A stretch of DNA of 64,000 nt from an uncultured bacterium (GTDB lineage Bacteria; Acidobacteriota; Blastocatellia; Pyrinomonadales; Pyrinomonadaceae): assembly GCA_965649955.1 (NCBI GenBank), contig CBFGMX010000001.1:16032-80031 (forward strand). The letters run 5' to 3'. Positions 54,496-61,830 of the stretch are shown piece by piece. A model generated the notes under the pieces. That model had not been told where the DNA came from. It was given only the letters and a program-made list of their open reading frames with translations, and did not search any database. Every line of letters starts with the position of its first letter. Within the stretch, counting starts at the first letter, position 1. A program made the translations under genes and the position numbers.

Positions 54496-55695
54496 GTGCG
54501 TTCATTGATGTTGCGCGCGATGAGTGGCGGGCGATACTGTGGCCCGGTGCGATTCTCGCCACGCTTGCGACCCTGGATGATCGTGTCAGCCGCCTGGATC
54601 CTTCCGGCGGTGTTCGCCGCGATCAACCGCATCGTTCAAGCGCACCTTCGAGGTTGGGAACCGGCGACTATTCGTGACGTGCTGTTTGAAGGCGGCGACT
54701 GGTTTCTTTACGCGCTGTTGACGCCCGGTGTTTTTGCAGTCTCGAAGAGATGGCCGTTGACGCGACCGCATCTCGTTCGCCGTGCGCTGATCCATCTGGG
54801 GTTTTCTGTTTTGTTTTGTGTCGCATGGGCCAGTTGCGGGCAGCTCCTGCGGTTGGTCCTGGCGTTGATCTTCGCGCCGGAAACAGTTGGCGGCAGTGAA
54901 TTCTGGCGACAGTTTGGCGTCGAGTGGTTGAGTTGGATCTTCATCACGTTGCCGTTTGGTGTTGCTGTTTATCTGTGCGTCGTCGGGATCGAGCATGCGA
55001 TTCGATACTTTGTCGAGGTGCGCGAGCGTGAGGTGCAGTTGGCACGGCTCTCGGAGCAACTTGCCGGTGCGCGCTTTGCGGCATTGCAGGCGCAGGTCAA
55101 TCCGCACTTTCTTTTCAATACCCTGAATACGATTGCCGTGCTCGTCCGTGATGACGATCGTCAGGGGGCGGTGCGAATAGTTGAGCACCTGAGTGAGATG
55201 TTGCGGCGCACGCTGAGCCGGCATCGAGCAAATCAGGTTTCGCTGGGTGAAGAGTTGGAGTTGGTGCGACAGTACGTGGCGATCGAACAGGCGCGGTTTT
55301 CGGATCGTCTGCGGCCGGAGTTTCGAGTGCCTGACTCGCTGTTGTCGGCTCTGGTTCCGAGTTTCGCGTTGCAGCACCTGGTTGAGAATGCGATTCGGCA
55401 CGGCATCGCGCGCGCTCCTGATGCCGGTATTTTGATTGTGGCCGCGCGACGCGATGGGGACGTGCTCGAGATTACGGTCATCGATGATGGGGTCGGGATC
55501 GATCCGGATGCGCCGATAACCAAAGGCCACGGCATCGACAACACGCGCGAGCGGCTGCGGGCGTTGTATGGCGAGAACGCTTCACTGGAGATCGTGCGGC
55601 ACGCTGAAGGCGGTACAATCGCGACGCTGCGAGTGCCGTATCTTGAATCGACGGCAAACACGGATGACAACGAGCAACAAAGTGACGTCGAGTAA
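54496..55695 (+). CDS. LytS/YehU-type sensor histidine kinase
   Basis: N-terminal TM helices, His_kinase motif QVNPHFLFNTLNTI, and HATPase IDDGVGI. Start uncertain (54496, 54508 or 54577). Confidence 0.85.
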   Translation: MRSLMLRAMSGGRYCGPVRFSPRLRPWMIVSAAWILPAVFAAINRIVQAHLRGWEPATIRDVLFEGGDWFLYALLTPGVFAVSKRWPLTRPHLVRRALIHLGFSVLFCVAWASCGQLLRLVLALIFAPETVGGSEFWRQFGVEWLSWIFITLPFGVAVYLCVVGIEHAIRYFVEVREREVQLARLSEQLAGARFAALQAQVNPHFLFNTLNTIAVLVRDDDRQGAVRIVEHLSEMLRRTLSRHRANQVSLGEELELVRQYVAIEQARFSDRLRPEFRVPDSLLSALVPSFALQHLVENAIRHGIARAPDAGILIVAARRDGDVLEITVIDDGVGIDPDAPITKGHGIDNTRERLRALYGENASLEIVRHAEGGTIATLRVPYLESTANTDDNEQQSDVE

Positions 55696-56416
55696 ATGGA
55701 GTGCACTGATTGCCGACGATGAACCGGCGGCGCGGCGCGGTGTGCGACAACTGCTGGCGGCGTTTCCCGAGTTTGCCGTGGCAGGAGAGTGTCGCAATGG
55801 CGCTGAAGTCCTGGCGGCGCTCGACGTGTCTGCGCCGGATGTCGTGTTTCTCGATATTCAGATGCCGGGTGTTGACGGGTTTGAAGTGATCCGCAGGCGC
55901 AGCGTGGAGCGAATGCCTGCGGTTGTGTTTCTGACGGCGTTCGATCAGTTTGCGATCAAGGCTTTTGAGGCTGAGGCGCTCGACTATCTCGTAAAGCCGG
56001 TGAGTGAACAGCGCTTCGCGGCAACGATGAAACGTTTGGCGAAACGATTGTCGTCTTCCACGCGGATGGCGCGCGAGGAACGGATCGTAGTCACCACCAC
56101 GCGCGGGGCGGCGGTTCTACATTTGAGCGAGATTGACTGGATCGAAGCCGCTGGAAACTACGCACAACTCTGGATCGGTCAACGCAACTACTTTCTTCGC
56201 GAGTCGCTGCAAACACTTGAAGACCGTGTGAACAAGCATGGATTTGCTCGCGCTCACCGTCGCGCTCTGGTCCGTGTTAGTGGAGTGAAGGAACTGGTGC
56301 GCACCCGGGCTGGGGCGCTAATCGCAATTCTGAACAGCGGAGCGCGTATCCCGATCTCCCGCCGCCGCTCCGCCTCCTTCACCGCCGCCATCCGCGACCT
56401 CGGCCTTAACGACTGA
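55664..56416 (+). CDS. LytTR-family response regulator
   Basis: ALIADDEPAARRG...FLDIQMPGVDG, plus a LytTR domain (IDWIEAAGNYAQLW...RAHRRALV). Start is ATG 55664 or GTG 55682, overlapping the kinase gene. Confidence 0.85.
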   Translation: MTTSNKVTSSKWSALIADDEPAARRGVRQLLAAFPEFAVAGECRNGAEVLAALDVSAPDVVFLDIQMPGVDGFEVIRRRSVERMPAVVFLTAFDQFAIKAFEAEALDYLVKPVSEQRFAATMKRLAKRLSSSTRMAREERIVVTTTRGAAVLHLSEIDWIEAAGNYAQLWIGQRNYFLRESLQTLEDRVNKHGFARAHRRALVRVSGVKELVRTRAGALIAILNSGARIPISRRRSASFTAAIRDLGLND

Positions 56417-56508
56417 AAAACAGCCACTTTCGTTATTAAATAGCCACTTTCGACAATTGAAATCTCCTTCGACTCCGGCGATAATCTCCCAGATGGGAGG
56501 AACACTTG

Positions 56509-56685
56509 ATGGAAGCGAAAGAGGAGAAGCCTAAGCCGACGCCGTTGTTCAAAACAGAAAGGCGGCCGCCGAGGGTGCGCATTTCGAAAGAAGAATCCAT
56601 TCGCAGAATGGAGACTATTGGTGAATGGAGAGAAAAACGCCTTGCAGAATTACGTGCCAAGCTACGCACCGAGGGTTCGCGTTGA
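56509..56685 (+). CDS. small basic ORF (58 aa), hypothetical
   Basis: GGGAGG lies 8 nt upstream of the ATG at 56509. Translation MEAKEEKPKPTPLFKTERRPPRVRISKEESIRRMETIGEWREKRLAELRAKLRTEGSR. Below the ORF-track length cutoff. Confidence 0.3.
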   Translation: MEAKEEKPKPTPLFKTERRPPRVRISKEESIRRMETIGEWREKRLAELRAKLRTEGSR

Positions 56686-56998
56686 AGTTTACTTTCCGAT
56701 CCAGGATGAACATGTATACCAGCATTACCTCAAGTGGTTAATCGATGAACTGACGCTAGTTCATGGGGGTTGTACCGTCCTGGAGAACATGAGCGGTTAC
56801 TTCGATTCAGAAACCAGGGGATTAATAGCCGACAGGGTAAATGTAGTTTACAGCGACCTGGAGAGGGATTGGTCTGAGCCAACCGAGCGGGAAAAAGTAC
56901 TCGACTACTGCGCCACGTTAAGAAGGTTCCTCATGGAAAACCTCTGGGAGGAAGAGATTCTGATCAGCGCATACCCCGTTTCACATGTAAGCCCTTAA
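56621..56998 (+). CDS. hypothetical protein (~125 aa)
   Basis: ORF in the track from 56618. GGAG lies 8 nt before GTG 56621. Overlaps the 58-aa ORF by 65 nt in another frame. No family recognised. Confidence 0.45.
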   Translation: MNGEKNALQNYVPSYAPRVRVEVYFPIQDEHVYQHYLKWLIDELTLVHGGCTVLENMSGYFDSETRGLIADRVNVVYSDLERDWSEPTEREKVLDYCATLRRFLMENLWEEEILISAYPVSHVSP

Positions 56999-57243
56999 AG
57001 CGATCCGCAAAGCGTGCCCCCGGCGGATCTTCACAACTCTTAACAAATTTTTACGTCCACTTAACATTGCCCGATCCATCTCGTCGTATTATCCCGTTTC
57101 CGTAACTAAACTCGCGTCCGGCGCGTGGTAATGGCACAATGATGCGGCCGCTTTAAGCGCAACAAAATAGCATCGGCAGTCGTAAGCCAATCAACCCGAA
57201 AATCAGGCTTTAGCCGGAACTTATTAGTGGGTCAGCACGAATC

Positions 57244-58503
57244 ATGAACCGCGAGCACTTGTCTTATCGTCTGAAAAATGTGCTGCTTATTACAGCACTC
57301 GCAGCAGCCGCGTCAGGCTGCGTGAACAAGGCGCAACAGAACTTTGAACGGCCCCCTGCGCCGGTGACCGTAACCGCCGCCGTCTCGCAGGACGTGTCGA
57401 ACTATCTCGACGCGCTCGGCAAGATCGTCGCGCGTGAAACCGTTTCGATTCAACCACAGGTCTCAGGACGCATCACGCAAATCCATTTCACGGACGGCGC
57501 CAACGTCCGCAAAGGCCAACTCCTTTTCACAATCGATCCGCGACCGTTCGAAGCGAACCTAAAACAGGCCCAGGCCAACCTCGCACGCGACGCCGCGCTG
57601 AAGAAACAGGCCGAAGCCAACCTGGCGCGCGAAATCGCACGCGAAAAATGGGGCTACTCGCAGGTTGAACGATATCGCACCCTGGTCGAGCAAGGTGTAG
57701 TTGCCAAGGAGCAGTACGAACAACTGCGCGCCGACTACGACACCCTCCGTGCAAACTCGGAAGCCGCTCGTGCCGTCGTTCGCAGCGCTGACGAAACGAT
57801 CAAAGTCGATAACGCGGCAATCGAAACGGCTAAAGTAGAACTCAGTTACTGCTTCATTCACTCGCCGATCGACGGCCGCGCAGGCCAGCGTCTGGTCGAC
57901 ATCGGCAACGTCGTCAATCCCGGCGGCTCCGGGAATAGCGAAGGCAACTCGTTGCTGGTGATCGAGCGACTCAACCCGATCTACGCCGACTTCACGATTT
58001 CGCAAAACCATCTCTCCGCGGTACAGCGGGAGATGCAGCAGGGAAGCCTCCGGACCGAAGTGCGATTACCCGACACCGGAGACGACGCGGTCACGGGCCA
58101 ACTGACGTTTGTCGACAACGCGGTGCAGAACGAAACAGGGCAGGTCACTCTGCGTGCAACACTGCCGAACCCCGATCAGCGCTTCTGGCCGGGCCGCTTC
58201 GTCAACGTTCGACTCGTCTTAAGCACGACAACCGGCGCTGTACTCGTCCCTGTCTCAGCGCCGCAAATGTCGGCGAACGGCTCCTACGTTTACGTCGTCA
58301 AGCCTGACTCGACCGCCGAACAGCGCACCGTCTTCCTGGGCCAGCGACAAGGCGATCTGATCGTCGTTGAAAAAGGCGTAGCCGCGGGCGAACAGATCGT
58401 GACGAATGGACAACTCGGCGTCACTCCCGGCGGGAAAGTACTCGTCGAACAACCGCGTGAAGCACAAAGCCCGGCCGCTGCGACAAACGGATCGAAGTCA
58501 TGA
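57244..58503 (+). CDS. RND efflux periplasmic adaptor (MFP) lipoprotein
   Basis: Lipobox AAASGC, coiled-coil hairpin region, and barrel-sandwich motifs (SPIDGRAGQRLVDIGNVV). Confidence 0.9.
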   Translation: MNREHLSYRLKNVLLITALAAAASGCVNKAQQNFERPPAPVTVTAAVSQDVSNYLDALGKIVARETVSIQPQVSGRITQIHFTDGANVRKGQLLFTIDPRPFEANLKQAQANLARDAALKKQAEANLAREIAREKWGYSQVERYRTLVEQGVVAKEQYEQLRADYDTLRANSEAARAVVRSADETIKVDNAAIETAKVELSYCFIHSPIDGRAGQRLVDIGNVVNPGGSGNSEGNSLLVIERLNPIYADFTISQNHLSAVQREMQQGSLRTEVRLPDTGDDAVTGQLTFVDNAVQNETGQVTLRATLPNPDQRFWPGRFVNVRLVLSTTTGAVLVPVSAPQMSANGSYVYVVKPDSTAEQRTVFLGQRQGDLIVVEKGVAAGEQIVTNGQLGVTPGGKVLVEQPREAQSPAAATNGSKS

Positions 58504-61500
58504 ATCTTTCTGAGCCCTTCATTCGCCGGCCAGTGATGACGGCAGTCTTAACGCTGTCTGTCATCCTGTTCGGCTTGATGAGTTATTTCCAACTGCCGGT
58601 CAACGATCTTCCGGCGGTCGATTATCCCGTCATTCAAGTTTCGGTTGGTTACCCCGGCGCCAGCCCCGACACGATCGCCAACAACATCGCTACACCGCTC
58701 GAGCGCCAGTTCATGCAGATCAACGGCCTCGAAGTGGTCACGTCGCAGAGCACTCAAGGCGTCGCGACGTTCACGCTCCAGTTCTCGCTCGACAAAAATA
58801 TCGACGCCGCTGCGACCGACGTGCAGACAGCGATCTCGCAGTCAATCGGAAACCTGCCCGCGGATCTTCCTTCGCCGCCGACATACTCGAAGACCAACCC
58901 AAACGATCAACCGATCATGTACCTGGCAATGGTCAGTGACTCGGTCACTTCGGGCCAGCTCTACGACTACGCCAGCACAAACGTGGGCCAGCGTTTGAGC
59001 ATCCTGCCCGGTGTGTCGCAGGTAAACGTTTACGGGACGAAGTCGGCGATTCGGATCAAAGCGAATCCGGCGGCGATGTGGGCGCGTGGCATTTCGATCG
59101 ACGATCTCGGCAACGCCATCAGAAATGGGACCAGTTACACCGGTGCGGGCCAGTTGGACAGTGCTTCGGGCACTTCAGTGTTGCGTCCGCAAGGTCAACT
59201 CGAGAGCGCGGAACAGTACGGGAACCTGATCGTCGGCGGGACCAGCGGCGCGCCTGTTTACCTGCGCGACGTGGCGACGGTGAAAGAGTCAGTGCAGGAC
59301 GAGCGCGTGAACATGCGTTTCTGGGTGCGCGGCTATTCAGTGCCATCAGCAACGGTGATCGTCGCGGTCAATCGCCGGGCTGGTGCAAACGCCGTCGAAG
59401 TTGCGAAGTCGATTTACGGCGTGCTGCCGCAGGTTAGCGCTGAATTGCCGGGCTCGATCCGGATCACGCCGATTTACGATCGCTCGCAGAGTATCGTCCA
59501 CTCGGTCGCCGACGTGCAGATGACGCTGGTCATCGCGTTCGTACTCGTGGTGATGGTGATCTTCGCGTTTCTCGGCCGGGTAACGGACACGCTGATTCCG
59601 GTTGTCGCGTTGCCGTTGTCGTTGCTCATCACGTTCATAGCGATGCGCGGGCTTGGTTACAGCCTCGACAACCTGTCGCTGATGGCGCTGACGCTGGCGA
59701 TCGGGTTTCTGGTCGACGACGCGATCGTGTTTCTCGAGAACACCGTGCGTCGAATTGAACGCGGCGAGCCGCCGTTTGAAGCGGCGATCAACAGCGCGAA
59801 GGAAATCAGTTTCACGATCATGTCGATGACGATTTCGCTCGCGGCCGTGTTCATCCCGCTGGTCTTTATGACAGGCCTGGTCGGGCGTATCTTTCGCGAG
59901 TTTGCGGTCACGATCGTGATTGCGATCCTGGCATCGGGATTGGTGTCACTGACGCTGACGCCGCTGATGTGCGCGCGGCTGTTGAAAGACCGCGGACACG
60001 GATCGAAGCAGAGTTGGATGGAGCGCGTCATCGGGAGTATCGAGCAACGCGTGCTGGCACTCTACGGAAAATCGCTCTGGTGGTGGTTACTGCGCGAGCG
60101 TTGGATCTCGCCGGCGATCTGGGCCATCTGTCTGGCCGGCACGATCTGGCTCTTCATACTCGTCCCCAAGACTTTTCTGCCGCCCGGAGACAGCGGCGTG
60201 ATTTTCGGCGCGTTTATCGCGCGCGAAGGATCGTCGCCGGAGCAGATGCGCGCTTATCAGGATCGTGTTGACGAAATCCTGCATCAGGATCCGAACGTCG
60301 TCACCGATTTCACGATGACGGGCGCGACCGGATTTCTCGCGTCGAATCAGGGCATCATGTTTACCTTCATTGGTCCACCCGGAGAGCGAAAACCGATCGC
60401 GGACGTCACGGGCGAGATGATGGGCAAACTCAACACGATACCCGGGATCATGTCGTTTCTGCGGCCGTTTCCGGTGCTCGAAATCAGCACCGGTGTGACG
60501 AACCAGAATCAGGGCCAGTATGCGTTTTCCGTATCCGGGGCAAATCCGGAGCAGGTTTATGAAGTCGGGCAAAAGTTGATGGCGAAGTTGATGACGTACG
60601 ACGGCTTCCTGTCTGTTTCGTCGGACTTTTACAACAACACGCCCAACGTGAACATCGACCTTCGCCGCGATCAGGCGAAGACCTACGGTGTTTCCGAAGC
60701 GCGCATTCTGACGCTGCTGCGCAACGCTTATTCGCAAAACTATCTCTACCTGATAAAGAAGCCCGAAGATCAGTATCAGGTCATACTCGAGATGGACGAC
60801 TCGGTACGACAAAAACCCGAGGATCTGTCGTTGCTTTACATCAAGTCGGACGACGGTCGAAATCTCGTGCCGCTTGACGAACTCGTGACGTGGAAGACCA
60901 CGCTTGGACCACAAGTGGTAAACCACCTGAACCAGTTCACGAGCATGACGCTCTTTTTCAACCTTAAACCGGGCGTGGCCCTCGGCGACGCGACAAACTT
61001 CATCGAGTCTGCGGCCGCGGAGATCGTTCCGACGGGCGTGCGCGGCGAGTTGCAGGGCGAGGCGCAAACGTTTAGCCGAACCGTTACTAGTCTGACGATC
61101 CTGATGGGACTGGCGGTGTTCGTGATGTACGTGATCCTGGCAATACTTTATGAGAGTTACGTGCATCCGCTGACGGTGCTGTCGACGCTGCCGACGGCGC
61201 TGGTCGGTGGACTATTAACGCTTGTGTTGTTTGGACAGGAAGCTTCGCTTTACGCGTTTGTCGGCATGTTCATGTTGATGGGTATCGTGAAGAAGAACGG
61301 CATCATGATCGTCGACTTTGCGCGCCACCGAGTTGAGGCGGGTGAGTCGGCGGTGCAGGCGATTCACGACGCAAGCATGGACCGCTTCCGTCCGATTCTG
61401 ATGACGACGCTGGCGGCGGTGTTTGGCGCTGTTCCGATCGCGTTGGGTTACGGCGCGGATGGATCTTCGCGCCAGCCGCTCGGTTTGGTGGTCGTCGGCG

Positions 61501-61694
61501 GGCTGATCGTTTCGCAGTTCATCACGCTGTACATCACGCCGGTGATCTACTTGTATCTCGAGGAGTTTCAGGAGAAGGTGCTGGACCGCACGTCGTTCTT
61601 CCGTTCGCGCCGGTCGCAGAAGCCGAGGATTACCCAGGGTCCAAGCGCGCCGGCTCCGCCGTCACCCGCGGCGCCTGAATCAGTGTCGTCGTAA
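58500..61694 (+). CDS. RND efflux permease (AcrB/HAE1-like)
   Basis: MNLSEPFIRRPVMTAVL, 12-TM architecture, LVDDAIVFLEN, and 1,064 aa. ATGA overlap with the adaptor gene. Confidence 0.93.
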   Translation: MNLSEPFIRRPVMTAVLTLSVILFGLMSYFQLPVNDLPAVDYPVIQVSVGYPGASPDTIANNIATPLERQFMQINGLEVVTSQSTQGVATFTLQFSLDKNIDAAATDVQTAISQSIGNLPADLPSPPTYSKTNPNDQPIMYLAMVSDSVTSGQLYDYASTNVGQRLSILPGVSQVNVYGTKSAIRIKANPAAMWARGISIDDLGNAIRNGTSYTGAGQLDSASGTSVLRPQGQLESAEQYGNLIVGGTSGAPVYLRDVATVKESVQDERVNMRFWVRGYSVPSATVIVAVNRRAGANAVEVAKSIYGVLPQVSAELPGSIRITPIYDRSQSIVHSVADVQMTLVIAFVLVVMVIFAFLGRVTDTLIPVVALPLSLLITFIAMRGLGYSLDNLSLMALTLAIGFLVDDAIVFLENTVRRIERGEPPFEAAINSAKEISFTIMSMTISLAAVFIPLVFMTGLVGRIFREFAVTIVIAILASGLVSLTLTPLMCARLLKDRGHGSKQSWMERVIGSIEQRVLALYGKSLWWWLLRERWISPAIWAICLAGTIWLFILVPKTFLPPGDSGVIFGAFIAREGSSPEQMRAYQDRVDEILHQDPNVVTDFTMTGATGFLASNQGIMFTFIGPPGERKPIADVTGEMMGKLNTIPGIMSFLRPFPVLEISTGVTNQNQGQYAFSVSGANPEQVYEVGQKLMAKLMTYDGFLSVSSDFYNNTPNVNIDLRRDQAKTYGVSEARILTLLRNAYSQNYLYLIKKPEDQYQVILEMDDSVRQKPEDLSLLYIKSDDGRNLVPLDELVTWKTTLGPQVVNHLNQFTSMTLFFNLKPGVALGDATNFIESAAAEIVPTGVRGELQGEAQTFSRTVTSLTILMGLAVFVMYVILAILYESYVHPLTVLSTLPTALVGGLLTLVLFGQEASLYAFVGMFMLMGIVKKNGIMIVDFARHRVEAGESAVQAIHDASMDRFRPILMTTLAAVFGAVPIALGYGADGSSRQPLGLVVVGGLIVSQFITLYITPVIYLYLEEFQEKVLDRTSFFRSRRSQKPRITQGPSAPAPPSPAAPESVSS

Positions 61695-61830
61695 GGCCTC
61701 AGAAAGAACTCCCGCAAAGGCGCAAAGACGCAAAGAAAACAAGTACGTGAAGAAAACAAGTACGTGCAGAACTCAACCAATCCTTCGCGCTCTTTCTTTG
61801 CGTCTTTGCGTCTTTGCGGGAGAAAGTCTC
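61695..61830. repeat. long hairpin element built from 8-nt CGCAAAGA units
   Basis: 61709-61738 (CTCCCGCAAAGGCGCAAAGACGCAAAGAAA) pairs with 61793-61822 with one mismatch over 30 nt. The loop holds a direct duplication of GAAAACAAGTACGTG. The element fills the convergent spacer. Confidence 0.78.

Noticed and set aside
60087-61166. A 359-aa minus-strand ORF inside the RND permease gene. Similar long antisense ORFs lie at 27979-28926 (inside exuT), 54586-55530 (inside the LytS kinase), 45579-46310 and 46572-47276 (inside the propeller gene), and 35332-36030 (inside the S9 peptidase).
   Set aside because: All lie opposite genes with strong family signatures. All are Arg-rich and motif-free, with no plausible start or RBS context. 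They are high-GC frame artefacts.
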